Source: Raillietiella orientalis
Lineage: Eukaryota
Length of the DNA: 64,000 bases
Assembly: GCA_036172245.1 (NCBI GenBank)
Contig: JAYWIR010000022.1
Span: 2,232,001 to 2,296,000, forward strand
Direction of reading: 5' to 3'
Under the pieces are notes generated by a model. The model was given only the letters and a program-made list of their open reading frames with translations. It did not search any database and was not told the DNA's origin. The position numbers were made by a program, and so were the translations under genes. Position 1 is the stretch's first letter, and every line of letters starts with the position of its first letter. Positions 1 to 13,299 of this stretch are shown in pieces.

Positions 1-2900
1 CATGTCTCCTGTTGATTCCACATCCCCAGTGCGGAAAGAGCTGTTTTTTGAGATGCCGCTTCGCTCTTCATCACTCAGCCGTCGCACCAACACTTCCTGC
101 GCCGCCCCACATCTCGCATCCGCTCATCTCGGTGCAAAATCGAGTCTTTACGGTTTTAACCCTTCAGGTTTCTCGGGTCCCAATAACTGGGTGTGAGAAC
201 TTCGAGATGGAACGAAACTTCCCCCATGTGAGGAAAGCACTGCAGCTGAAGGAGCTCTTCCTCGCAAGGGACTGGATTGATGAGCTTGCGGATTTACGGA
301 TAACATCGGGCAACCTCAGTTTTCCCTCCACAGGATCCCAAACATGTGATGGTCTCCCTAGTCTTGCAGCTGAACGATAACACTGGTTCCGTCAAAATAC
401 CAACCAAAGCTTCAGAAACAGCGAGCAGACCAAACATGTAATGGTAATTCTTACTGGCAATCAACCGGTAGTCTAGCAGTTAGCAGCTCCAAGTGATAGC
501 TTCTTTTCTTCTTCTTCTTTTGCTTTCTTTCTGTCTGTCTGTCTCTGTAGTTTCCTTTTTTTCTCCCCCCTTCGACTGCTGATAACCACTTGAGATGCGA
601 GAATAAGTGGGTAAGAAATTCCTGCGAAGACTCCGGTTGGGGTCGAGCTTTCCAAAGAACAAGTTAATCGAGGAGGGCTTGGAATCAAGCTTGTTAAAGA
701 TTCAGCAAGTCTTCCCGATCATCCCAGAATCACGTGGGAGGGCTCTGAGGCTGCTCTCAATGAGATCGTGTTCGTGAACCTGGTTTTCCGATCGAATCTC
801 GGTTCAAGGTGAATCGAAAAATCTGCATGCTGAAGAAGCGCTCTCCTCGCTGCACCGCGGAACACAAAGACGGACAACCGTAGACAGCTGGAGGTTATGC
901 AAGACTGCAGAAACACCAAAGCAGCGGGTGAAACGCACAGAAGATTGCCTTCGTCGGCAAAAAGGCTTCTGACGTGTCCTGGTTTGGCGAGGTGAGCCGC
1001 CAAAAGCACAAAGGCAGTGATTTCCTTTTACGGTATCCCTTATTGATCCAGATGGCAGACTGTGTTCCCCGGTACCTCCTTTGGGACTGGCTAGCGTCTA
1101 ACACCACTGGTTCCTCCGATATGAGAATCCCAAATGGCTGACTTCTTCTCCTTTGAACCCCCTGCTCCATCCATCTAGGTGAGTCTTTCCGGTTCCTATC
1201 TCTTTTCCTTTGACAGCTAAGAGCTGTCAGAGGGGCAGGGATGATGGAGCTGCATCCCAGTGATCGTCTCCTTCCATTTGGCGTTCAGCTGAAACTCGAA
1301 AGATGTGAATCCAATCGGGTGCATGCAAGACGGGCTTCAGGGAAGCTCGTCTCGAGTGCACCAAACCATCGACGACGCAGCAACTGAAGATGTCCGCGCA
1401 CTCGCATTTCGACTCGGACCTTTGCGGCGCCACGCCTTTCGGTTATTCCCACGATTTGGGGCAGCATCCAGCTCCCGGTTTCACGGTCCTTCCTATGACT
1501 ATGTTGGTGTGAAAGTTCCTATGTTTGCTAATTGGCGCCGACACTCTCCTCCTTGGAAAGAAGCCGCAAGCCACCAGGCTGGGTGCACACTGGGCGCATC
1601 TCGCTAGAAGATCGCGGGGGTGTCCATCCATTCCGCAGTTCGGCAGGCGCTTCGAGGATCTTTCGACGGGCTAGTAGGGGTCGAAAACGGCGCGGGACGC
1701 GTGGCGCTTCAAGCGGAACCGTGGCGGCGGTGCGGCGCCGTTGAGGCCGGAAGTCTCGACCGCTCGAACCTGCCCTGTGCTCGCAAGATGCACAGAAGAG
1801 AGGGTCCACGTGAATGGCAGGAAGGTGGAGGAGGTCCCGCCCCGGAGGAGAGCAGCCGGCGGAAGACATCAGGACGGGCCTCGGAAGTGGAAGAGCGACA
1901 GCCGCTCTTGGCGAACGGAAGGTCAGCACTGGTCCCCGAGTCTTCCCGCACGAAGCGGACGAGACGGACCTCTCATCCCGTCCACGGGACGCTACGGGGA
2001 AGGGAAGGGACGACGACACGGCTGGAGAAGCGGAGCCAGGCGATGGGGCTCCAGGGGGTGCGACCTCCTCGAGAGAGAGAGCGGCGGTCGTCGTTTATGG
2101 AGACAGTCCGCACCGGGAAGATGAAGACACACCAACTCCGCAGCCAGCTCGGCCTTTCCCGGAAGCGACTGAGAAGGGGTGTCGCCGCCGGGTGGTGACG
2201 GAGAAGGAGGTGTCGAGCCCACTACGGAAGGCAAAGGAAGGTAAGTGGACTGGTGGCACGGTGGCGCACCCGGAGATTTTGGAGAGGCGGAGGGCCCCCG
2301 CTCTCTTTGTCTCCGGAAGGAGGGGCGTCACCCTGGAGAAGCACCGCTCGGATGAACTGTCCTCTCGCTGCAGATCTCGGATGGCGCCTTGGGGGTCAGC
2401 AGGAGTGAGAGAGAAGAAAGCGGTCTCCCGGAGTCGGGGCGAATGTGGTCCTCGAGATCCCCTCGGGGTCTAGGGGAAGGAAGCAGAGTGTCCGCCCTCC
2501 TCCCCTTTCGGAGCACCGGAGGTCTCGCAGCGACGGCCGGCCTTTCTCTCTTCCCCTCTCGCTCCGATCTGCGCTTCCCAAGCCCTTTCTGCTCCGCTGA
2601 TCCATGCCGGAAAAAGCCCTCCGGAAGGGAGGGGTTCGCCTCTGGCCGGAGGACGAATCATCCACCTGCCAAAGGGGAAGGGGAAACAGCGAGGACGCTC
2701 TCCCCGGGACCAGCTATGCCTCTTCCTTGATAAAGCGCGGGGTGGCCGCCCGGGAAGTGGCGGCCGTTCGTTTGCCACAGACGACCAGGGGTATGCGGGG
2801 TGTGCGGAGGCACGTAAGAAGGTACAGGTGGTGGAAGTGTTCTCCTGGGGTTAAGTCCCGCTGTCCTAGCGCGCTCCAGCAGACGGAGGCGTCCCGGCGC
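1..2900 (+). mobile_element. Decayed DIRS-type tyrosine-recombinase retrotransposon (RT-RH-MT-YR)
   Basis: Collinear degenerate motifs: ENFEMER..VRKALQ (~HFKME..V..LLQ, ~200); frameshifted LGFKVNREKS (~800); FAAPRLSVIP (~YAFPPFSLIP, ~1425); VTLEKHRSDELSS (~TSxxRxSEL, ~2340); PQTTRGM (~AHSTRG, ~2780). Boundaries approximate. Confidence 0.5.
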
Positions 2901-4199
2901 TCGCTGAGAGTAGCGCCTCCTCACCCCACCGTACCTTCCAGAGACACGAGAAGGCCGTCGATCCCTCCATCCGGGAACTAGGGTCCTCCCTTCTCGGACT
3001 TTTTCCACTCGGTCGGTCCTTTGCTGTTTGGGGACACCATCCTGGAGACTCCTCGATCGGCCATTCTTGCCTTTCCGCTCTGGAATTTCTCAGGCGACCG
3101 GGAGCCCAGCAGCACCCTCTTGATCCCCTTAGGGGAGGAGACTGAGTAGGCAGGCTCCTCACCACTCTTACCCCCCCCACCCCCACCCTTCTGAGAATGC
3201 GAAGGGCACGGGGAGGGTTTGCTGGAGGGGAGGGGACAGTTCGCTTCCGTCCAGTCTTCCTACCCCCCACCCCGTAGCGGTGGCTCCCAGAAACTGTTTC
3301 GTCCGTGGCGCAGGTCGCCTTCCCGCCCCACTGGTCCCCGTGAACCGAACGAGGTCGGGGAAGGGATTAACGCACGGGCGGACTGCTCACATTGGGCTGT
3401 TGCAACCGTGCGGAGGAGACAAGGGGGGGGGCTTATCGGGCGCGCTCGAGCAGATCCTCTGCTGCCGACAGAGTCCTTCCAAGCGTCCGGGTTCCAACTC
3501 TTCGGGCTGCTGGCAGCAGGCCTGAAGAAGCAGGAAAAAGGGGGAGGGAGAAAGAGCGGAAAAGGAAGAGAGCACCTCTCTGTCAACAGTGCCTATGTGG
3601 ACGAGAAAATCTCCCTGGGCTTCTGCCCTTCTGGTCAGCTTTCTTTCCGGAAGAACACTCTCTCAGTGAGGCGCCCGGGATTCCCCTTTGGAGGGGGGGG
3701 GGAGGTAGAGGACGTTGAAACTTACGGTGCCTTGCCCGGTGCCACCACTTCCCGACCAGCACGGCTGCTGCCCACGTCGGCGCCGAAGAGGACGAAGACC
3801 GATGCAGCGCCGCCGGTTGACTCCGCACGGGTCGCCACACCCCAGGAGACGGTGGTGCGCGCTTGTGGCACGGCCGTCCGATTGAGGTGGACACAGCGGG
3901 TCAGCAGAGGGCAAGCCGGACTGACTGAAGGAGCCGTCGATGCTCCCTGCTCATCCACCGACTCAGCTGCCCAACCAAGAAGGGGATCTTCCTTGCGATT
4001 CCCCGATCTCGCTTCCGATGCTTTCGCATTTGCGGTGGCGGTGCCTCCTTTTTGGCGTAGCGTCACTCCAGCTCTCGGAGCTTCCGTATCACCACTGGTG
4101 GTCGAAGACTCCTGCCCGCGTCTCTCTGTCCTGGAGAAACTTTCGGACGGACGCATAGTCCGGACGGCTCCTGCTGTGCTCCCCGTTCTCTCCCTGTTG

Positions 4200-6550
4200 A
4201 ACGCACTAGGGTCCCTGAGGATGCTAGCCGGAATTTTCTTTTTGCTTTCTTTTGGCTCGCCGCGTGCTGAAAAACCGCTCGCCTCCTCAGGGGGGCTCAC
4301 GCGCCGTTCCAGGTCACTCGAGGATGCGTGCGTTGACTCTTCAAGTTGGGAGGCGCCTGAGAAGGGGGGGACCACCCTATGAATCCAGGAAGGGCTCAGA
4401 AGGAAGGAGCCCGCCCCTCCCTTGCGCTTGGGAGGGAACTTCAAAGGAAACCACCTCTTCCTTGTTCTCTCCGGAGGGACCCCTGGTATGAGATGGTTGC
4501 TCCCCGTTTCTTCTGCGAAGGGAACCCGGCGAAAGGATCCGCACTTCTGGAATTCTCCGGATGGAACCCACAAGGGCAATGCCCGGCTGGTTTCCTCCTC
4601 CTTCGAAGGGAGCCCCGAAGGGATGCTTCCCATTTTCTCTGAATGGCCCTCTCCAAAGGAAGTAGCGCGCTTCTCGACACTCTGGAGAGGCGGCATCAAT
4701 CCATCAGCTTCATGGTACGAAATGGAGGGTCCCCCTCTGAGAGAAGGGGGGGAGGGAGAACGGCTCCATTTCGCAACTGGAGGGGAACCCCGAAGGGCTC
4801 CTTCATTCTGGGAGGACCTTCCAATCCCGATCAGTCATCGCGGAGGCTGCTGCAGCCACGCGACCGCCAATGCGAGCCACCAGATTTTGAACCTCCAGCA
4901 AGGAAGCACAGGTCGTTTCAGGCGAGGTTTCTGTTCCCCACTGTCCCATTCGGACAACGGGAAGACCACCAGCTGCTGCTGTAACAAAAGTGGGATGGGC
5001 CTCCGAGGAAAGCGAACCCAGAATGAGGACCGAACCCTGGACAAGCACACGAAGGGGAGAAGAAGAAGTCCAGTCTGGGCGCAACCCAGCTCCAGGAAGC
5101 GCGGCTTTTCGTCGAAAGGCATCCGGACCAGAAGGCCACGCCCTCGTGGGACGACGGCACTGTCGGTGGGTGCGTTCCCCGTCGGGCGATGAAAACGCAA
5201 GGCTCTCACGTTGCGGGTTTATTCGCGAGGGAGGGAGCGAAGGGAAGGAGGGGAGCCCATCCGGATCCCCGTGTGGGAAACACCCACCGGGAATGCGCCG
5301 ATAGCCTGCGCAGGAGAAGCTGCGTGGAACGGGAGGAGCCTCCGAACCGCATCCCCGAAGCCAATGCATCCGGAACGAGGAGAGCATCACCGAGATGCAC
5401 GACTTGGCGGCGGCCTGCGCCAAGTCGAAAACGTTTCCCTGACCTTACTGCGTCGAGGGGGCCGCGCAAGGGAGGCGGGAGCTGGCGGTTTCCAGCCGAC
5501 ACGTTCCCGGAACGTGTTCCGGACTACGGCCGAATTCGGGGTCCGGGGAGACGGAAAAGCAATCGGAGCAGAGGACACCGGCTGAAGCACTTGGAGGGGG
5601 GGGGGGAAGAAGGAAGGACAGCAAACGCAGAGGATTGGTCCTCGATGCCGTGACAGCGATCCGTGGGATGAAGGAGTGCTACGAGGACCCGGAGGCACCT
5701 AACAGATCGATGGGTCCGCACGCGAGGAAGACGTCGCAGGTTGCGCTCTGTTCTCCAGGGACAGCTTCCTGCCGCAAGGTGGTGGACCTCCCACCACGAA
5801 GAAACCTGCCACGGCCTCGAGAAAAGGACGAAAACGCAGTCCCCAGCAGCACAGACTCTGTGAACTCAAATCTTTTGCCTGCAGGTGTGCACGGTATCCC
5901 TCTGATGACTGGTAGGAGCCGCTCGTGTCCCCTACCCCCTCCTCCCGAGAGGTGGCACCCCACAGCTCCTCCGAGGTCCGCGCCTTGAATTGCTCCCCCC
6001 GCCCTCCGGATGGGTTCTCACTGTGCTTTTTGGCACAGGCAGAGAAAGGGACCTTTGACCTCTCTCTTTCTTCCTACCCGTGCCTGCTGCTAGCTCGCGA
6101 GGTTGCCTGCGCGGAAATCCGCAGTCCGGGCGACTTTCCCCGGTTCCTCACGCCCAGATCTCGGACTTCTTGCATTGTTTTTCCTGCTGGACCCAACCTC
6201 CCTGCAGAGCCAGTCGATGGGACGGGAACAGGACACCGGCAGCGTGCCTCTTCCTACTCTGTGAGCAAAGTTCACACGCCCTGCGTGCAGAAACCGGAGT
6301 GGTGAGGGTGCACCGCTCGCACGCACGGCGACAGACCGTTAATGAGGGTCCTCACGGGCCCCTCTTTGTGCAGTCCGATCCTCGCCAACACCCCTTTCGA
6401 AAATGTCCTTTTTTGCCAGCACTCTTTTATGGCAATCGCCATATGGGGAGCAGCACCCCCATGAGACCTCCTGGAACGTGAGAGGAGAAGGGGGAGATCT
6501 GAGATCGTCCACCATCTTCCATGATGCCCTGCATCGGTCTCCCCTCAAGA
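4200..6550 (+). mobile_element. Decayed DIRS retrotransposon (gag end-RT-RH-MT)
   Basis: GNFKGNHLF (~LPFxGxxLFG); GFCSPL (~GFYSxLF); LQEARLFVERHPDQK (~LKDAYFHVPIHPDH); AFPVGR*KRKALT (~ALPFGLSTAPRVFT); LGGGLRQVENVSLT (~LG..N.EKS.LTP); FPAGPNLPAEPV (~HIPG.LN..AD.LSR), in the expected order. Confidence 0.6.
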
Positions 6551-7399
6551 CGGATGCTGCCGCACGCGGTGAGGCCATCGGCGAACACAGAGCTGCCGGC
6601 GCGCAAAGGGGCAAAAAGGCGCATTCGCCCTAGAAGTTTCGAAGAAATTTATCGATCGATCTACACTCTGCGGGATAAAATCTCTAGCATTCTGCATGTT
6701 TCCCATGGGGGAGATTGCGATGAATACCCCACGGCCCATCTTCCGGATGAGCTCGTCGACGTCCTTAATTTCCAGTTCATTCCTGCCGCGATATTTACTT
6801 TCGCCATGGCTACATTCGGAATGGGCGGTCGGCTAAGAAGGCGACGCCCCGTTCGGGAGCTTCTCCCCTTGTTGCCGTGGTTCCGCTAGGCGCACCTCCT
6901 CTATGGCAGCGGAGTCCACGCCGCACGAGCACGGGCCTGGCACTTGCTCTGGACGGCGGGAGGAAACTTCGCAAGGCTCGGAAACTCCCGGGGAGCCAAG
7001 CCCTCCTTTGGGCTTCCTGTTGCTCCGGCTGGGCATTCGCTTATGGCTTCAAGGGTCACATTTGCCTTCTTCGGTGACTTCGGGCCACCTGTCCCGTCGG
7101 CCAGTTTGGTCGCGAAATTCGTGCCGAGAGTTGGGATTCGCCGTTTGAAATAGCCGATGGCACCTGAGGAGCCAATGATGCGCCCTCAACCTAGGTGGGA
7201 CGACCGCAGCTGCGAGTCAGACGAGAGGCAAACTCGTGGTCCGCCCGTGCAGAGCTCAAGCGCGCGGCAAGGGGGCACCCCCGAGTCCGCTCCGAGCTGC
7301 CCTTCCCCCCCCCCTCCGATCTCAGCCCAAACGGATCCTCTGGCGACGTTACCCTTCCGGAAAACGAAAAGCGGTGGACGCACGCACTGTCCTCGACCA

Positions 7400-9890
7400 C
7401 GTCTACCATCTTTGATCCGTTGTGTTTTCACTGACGGGCTGGAGAATCGCCTGACCACCCCCGAGCCTGCCAGGTCATCCGGCTCCCGGCACCTGCCACT
7501 CTTCCGTGCTTCTGCCGCTCCTCCTCGTGGGTGTGAAGACGGGAAATGTGCTCGGGAACACAGGCTCTTCGATTCCCGGAGGGACCTCAGAGTGTCAACT
7601 TCCGGTCCCGGCCACTCGATGGGGGGCATCCGGTTTCCGTCTTCCACCAGCTCCTCCAGGCCAACCAGAGACATCTTGCGATACGCCCGCTCCCGAGGCA
7701 CCCTGGCGGCGGTACCGCCACCCAGCCAGCGTGCCTCGGGAGTGGGAAGGGAGAAGGTCACTCCCGGATCCTCCCCCTCTGCTACCCGTTTTGCGAAGGC
7801 GACGACCCCAGGGAACGCACCCTGTCTTCGGCGTCACCGGACCAGTTCCGATGGGTCCACGGCCAAGTGCGCTGCTCGCGATAGCGGGTGGGTGGCAGGC
7901 AGCCTTGCTGTCGTCGACCGGGGACGTCAGTGGAGCCGACGAGAGAGGCAAGCGGTGGGGAGGGGAAACCCCATCCTTACTGGCACCCCTCCCGCCGCAC
8001 GAGGGGACCCGGGAGATTTCGACTGCCTTTGGTGGGCACCTCGCTTTGATCCATCCCCACCCCGATTGCGGGAGTTATGGAATTTCCGATGAGACCCTTC
8101 CCCGCCCCAGAGATGCCCTCGCGCATTGCCATGGAAATGGCTCCAGGGGGAGCGGCAGAGGAGGCCGCCAGTCGAGTCTGTCTGCTCCTTGCCTTCCCAC
8201 TCCTCGACGGCATGCCTTTTCACTCCCGACCTAGGAGATCGCCATTCTCTGGTAAGGGATGGGTGCGGTAGCACTTCCCTGCCCCTCGGATGGACTCATC
8301 TTCCCCCTCCTCCCTCCTTGCTGCGCCCTCCGGAATGCGATCCTCCGGATGATGGAGGGGATGAAGGTGCCTCGTCCCCCCTCCAGCTCCAGAAAGGCAA
8401 GCTCAGGGGTGAGTGGGCGCGTGGGAGCTCCCGCCGCCTTCCTCCCTTCCCCCATAGCAGGACTGCCTCCAGAAAGGAAAGGTCGGACGGAGGCAGACGT
8501 TTTGCCCCGAGGCTATGCGCTCGCGGAGTCCCGGAGAATGTCCGAAATTCCCGCCTGCCTCCAACAGCTAACCCGCTAGCCAGCAGTTGTGATGGAGAGG
8601 AAAGAGGAGGAAGAAGGGGAGGAACGGGAGCCCAACGGGACGACGACGAAGACCAGGGACCTCATATTGGTGGGAAGGAAGGCTCAGCCAAGGTTAGGTG
8701 CTACCCGGAATACTTGCGCGCGGACTTCCCGCCCTCTAGCCCGCTTCCCGGGAGGCGACCAGAGCATGCAGCTGCTCCTTCCCGGACCCCGTTCTGCCTC
8801 TGAAGCGGAGACCCTCTCGCGTCGCCCCGCCCCTTCGCGTCTGCTCTGTTCCGGACTTTCCTCAGGGGTCGCAGCGGCATCAGCTGGCAAAACACGCTCG
8901 AAAGACCCCTGCGGGCAGCCCCGGCAGCCCCCCGGAGCTGCCGCTCCTCCTTTCGAGGGATCAGGAGCTTCCTGGAGGCTCCAGACGATCGCAGCAAGCC
9001 GGTGCGATGAGCGGCGAGACCTCCGGTGGAAACGGTCCGGGCTCAACACGCGGACGCGTTTTCTTCCTCCCCGAAGCTACAGCTCTGGACGCCGGAGGTC
9101 TGCGTTCCTCGGTCTCCAGGCACTTCCCGATCCGCCAGGAGGCCCGCTGCTTGCCACTGAGCAGGAGAGACGGAACGCGCGCGCCCCCATGGCCTGCGGG
9201 CGCAGTCCCGGCGCTACCGACCTCCTCGCTACGTGCGCGCACACGCTCGATAACCCGGCGCGTGCGCGAGTGCTCCCTCACCCTCCTTCCCTCTTTGCGC
9301 CCGGCAGGGTGACCGGGTCAAAAGATTCCCTCTCTGCCGGGAATGCTCTCCCTCCTCCTCCTCCTCCTCTCCGTTCCCGCTCCGCATCGTCACTCGGGAC
9401 GACGACGACGGGAGAGGCTCCACATACGGGGACGCCCCCTCCTCCAGGAAAGAACGGCACGCGAGCGCTCGTCGCTGCCATCCGTTTCCGGAAAGACCGC
9501 GCGCGGTATTTCTAAGCCGGTACTTCCGTCACAGCATCATCGAGCGAGCAAGCATCATCATCTTCCTTCGCTCGGCCGAACGGACAGCCGAGAGCCGCTC
9601 CGAATGGACCTGCCCGGAGACACGCCGCTGACGGTCTCGTGCGCAGATGCGTAAACAGCTCAATTCCTCCCTTCCCCCCCCCCCCCTCCTCTTCCTCTCT
9701 TTCCTTTCTTCTCGTTCCTTGACAGCTTTCCCGGTCCACAAATCCCGGTTCAAATTCGGTAGGGAAACCGACTGTGGCCTGGAAGGACAACGGGCGCGAG
9801 GTGCCGTTCTTCCTCTTTTTCTCGCGGAAGTTCCTGGTACACCCTGTTCTTTGCCACGAGACGCGATCGATAAATTCCCGCCTCCAAGCT
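7400..9890 (+). mobile_element. Decayed DIRS retrotransposon (RH-MT-YR)
   Basis: VFTDG; NVL; SMGGIRFPS (~GGTRS); TRDILRYARSRGTLAA (~IW.WA...L.A); YR-like TRFL..SSGRRRSAFLGLQAL (~FL..TSARRVSELQAL); VHKSR (~AHSTR). Confidence 0.55.
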
Positions 9891-10780
9891 CTCCCGCGTT
9901 TATCCCGTACCTGGTGTTCTGTCGCGCCGCGCCCGACAGTTTATGAAGCCATCACTGCGGTCGGCCTTCCAGAGGCCGCAGGTCATCGTTGCCATTCGCA
10001 CACCGCACTTAGACTCTCCCCCCTTCCCTCCCTCCTCCGCCTCCCGTTTCCGCGAATGAGTTCTCCCCTGAACTCTTCTTGGGACAGCAGCCAGCAGCTG
10101 AGCATCTCGGGTTGCAGCGTGCTGTCGAGGAAGCAGTCGACGGGACACCGTTATGCGATCCTGCTACTGCGGTCTGTTCCCCAGCTTATTTTCTGCACCG
10201 AGCAGCATGTGCTCAAATGACTCGCCATTTCTGAAACGACCAAAGGGAACCATGCAAATTACCAGCATCATCAGATTCTTCGCAGTGTGTACTTCTGGAA
10301 CAATTTCGGTCCCGTGTAATCCGACGACTAATCAGTTCGAGAGATCCAAAACACCGGCGTCAGTTTTTCGAATTTTAAAGAATCGCGCGCCATCTTTTTT
10401 CTTTCTTTCTTTCTTTTTCTTTTTTTAGGAATTTTGCATAATCATAGGCTTATTTCGTTTTCCTTTCTTTTTTTTTGTTTTTACTTTACAAAAAGAAAAA
10501 ACATCCAATCTGTCGAACTTTCCATCCCGGGACAATCACGAGGAACCCCTCGCTAGCCTACAAGGACTGTTTGTATGATTCCACCCGAATGCACTTCATT
10601 TGATACATGGGTCGTGCTCACCTGGGGCAACCAAGGAGTCGGCTGTGGGGGAGGACGCTCCCCTGAACGGGGGAAACCACGACGACACGCCAAACACACG
10701 TGCGAACAGGCACACACGCCGTGCGCGCCTCTTGCTTTTTCGCGAGCGATTTCGCCCGAATGCACGAGTCGCACCTTGAA

Positions 10781-10960
10781 GACGACGCTCATTGTTGCCG
10801 CGACGCGCCAGGAGACGGGAAGGGGGGTGGGAGGCGACGAATTTCTCTCTGCCCGACCCCGTTGCTCCTGGTGACGACGACGACGCTCATTGTTGCCTCG
10901 ACGCTCCAGGAGACGGGAAGCGGTGGGGGAGGCGACGAATTTCGCTCCGCTCACCCCCAC
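10781..10960. repeat. Imperfect tandem duplication, ~98-bp period, two copies
   Basis: gacgacgctcattgttgcc(g/t)cgacgc(g/t)ccaggagacgggaag...ggaggcgacgaattt starts at both 10781 and 10879. Confidence 0.9.
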
Positions 10961-11649
10961 TACGCCGGCGGCGGCGCCCTCGGAAGAAGCAGGGTGCGCA
11001 TTGCCTCGAATCGACCTCGAACGCCCCATCACCACCCTCCCGCCCGTTGTATCGCGCAGCACAGGCGCGAGAGCGATGTGCAGCAGAAAAGAACACATCG
11101 CCATTCCCTCCGGCTCATCCGAAAAACTCGAAGGCCCTTCCGGGGTTTGGCGCGCTCCGTGCTGGCAGCACCTGTCCGGATATCCGCGTATGTGCATGCA
11201 CAAAAGCCTATCCTACCTCCGTAAGTACACGGATTACATATAATTGCGGATCAGGCAGGCAGCTCCGTGTTGCGCACGTCACACCTCCATTGATGCACAC
11301 GGCAGCGCTGCGTTCGGAGCGCTGCGGAGCAATAAAAAGGATGGGGGAAGAAAACATCCGAGGAAAGGGAAGGAAGAAGGAAATTTTCGGGGAAGAGATG
11401 CGACTACGGTTGCGTTTCCATCCGTGTCGCCAGGCTTCTTGGAGTTTTCGACCCTTGGACGGATTTTATGGACGGTGGTGCATGCATCGCGGTGCAGGGT
11501 GTGTGCGCTTCCATACAACAACACGTACCGGTCTTTATGAAGATGGGTGTACACTGTGGAACACGCGAGAGTGTTCGCAAGCTCAGCGGACGTCGCGATG
11601 CTATTTCTTAACGTGCTGATTGAACGCACGGGTGAGAATGCACGCCCGC

Positions 11650-12180
11650 GGTGGGTTTTCGATTCGGACCGTGTCAACTGGATCTCATCTTCGAGACTTT
11701 TCAAAATTTCCTTTTCCTTATTGGAAAGCTGAAGCGCCAGAAAAGTTGGCGCACATTTAAGATAAACGTCTTCTTGCTTTCAAAACGAAAAGCAAAAGGG
11801 AAGGCGAGGGGAGAGGGGAAGGGAGGCAGGGGTATTTACTTTGTTTATTTGCGCTTTCCGGGGGGCGAAGGATTCCAAAGGCTGGGCTTTTCGGAACCTT
11901 TTTTTTATCGGGACTTCAGGTTCAACCAGAAGTGCGTTCTTGACAGCTGATTATTGATTGCCTGAGCACATTTGCAATTTCGGGAAGTCAGTGTAATTTC
12001 AACGGAACAGACGGATCCCATATTTGAAATCGAAAAGTTTCCTCTGATTGCGCGTTCCCTCGGAGTTGTTCTTGAAGATCGATCCACCATCCGTCCTTCC
12101 ACGGAATCCTATCCTTCCACGCCGACAGCTGGAAGCGCAACCTCGGTTAATCACACGGAGGATTCTCCTTTTTAAATCAG
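11650..12180 (+). mobile_element. L2-like LINE RT fragment, decayed
   Basis: ARSLGVVLEDRS (~ARNLGVILDS), preceded by FRFNQK (~LxLNxxK) and followed by an NIxRIxPFL-like remnant. Confidence 0.35.
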
Positions 12181-13299
12181 GGAAATCAAATCATTCGCGT
12201 TTCGCCCCCCCCCCGCCTCTCTCTCTCTCTCCTCCCCTCCCCCTTGCTTCCGTTAAAGTACGAGTCACTCGAACGCTAACGACTTCTGACTGTCCGAGAC
12301 CCCAAGCTGCAGAGCAGCATCCAGAGCCTCGCTCGCGGGCGGGGCGCGCTGTTCGTCAGGCAGCCCCCCGCCAACATGGCTGCGCGCCTCCGCCCAGTGC
12401 ACCGCCCAGTGCGCCGCCCGCACTCGCCGCAGCGATCACTGTCCGGTGGTAAGATGGCGGACAAGCAGCCCGAACCAGCTCGCGCCTCTGCGTATCGGGA
12501 ATCTCCCTCCGATCCAAAAGTGACGCGCGCCTTGGGGTTCTCAGGTGGGTTTCGTTCAGCATCCCAAAGCGCGGAGTAGCTAACCTCGCAAACCCACGAG
12601 AGAGAGATGCCTTGGCGACGCCCCGTCCGTTGCAGCTGAAACGTGAGAAGTCGAACCTTGGCTGCCCATCGTGGCAGGTGCGTGTAACTCTTTCATGGGC
12701 CCGACGGACAACCCTTTTTTCAAGTACCCTTTTTTCGGATGGAGACGCCACGCTCGGCTTGCGCAGGGTTGCCCACGGCTGTGATCCCGCACCTCGGTGC
12801 ACCGATCCGAAGCATCCTCTCTCCGTGCCTCCGACAGCCGCGCGGGAAGCTTTTGCAAGACCGAGGTCTTGACGTTCACGAATTTTCGCATACAAACGTC
12901 CCACATGAAAATTTTTCTCTTTTCCTTATTTTTTCTTTCCTTTCCCCCCTCCCTTGTAATGTAAACCGATCAGGGAGGACTGGATTCAAATGCAAACAAA
13001 GCGATAAGTACCGCAGAAGAGAACTTGGAAACTGCATTAGAGCTTCGAAGATTCTCGAAATAACGACAGCGTGCGCGCGCGGACGCCAATCCGGATGCGG
13101 GCGCCCGGCGTCAGAGTTGCCAGGTTCGAATTCACAGATCGTAGCACATCGCGGACCGTGCGAACGAATTGTTTTGCCGCTTGCGGTTGTCGCCGAACTT
13201 TCCACCTCCCCTCTGTCCACCGCCACGAAATGCAAACTTCGCGCAGACCGTTGGGTGAATTTGCATGCGAATCGAACGCGGGTAGGTCGATAGGGGCAA

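Noticed and set aside
9950..10330. Possible hAT transposase fragment on the minus strand (CEESDDAGN resembling DESTD)
   Set aside because: Only one or two weak motifs; insufficient to call.
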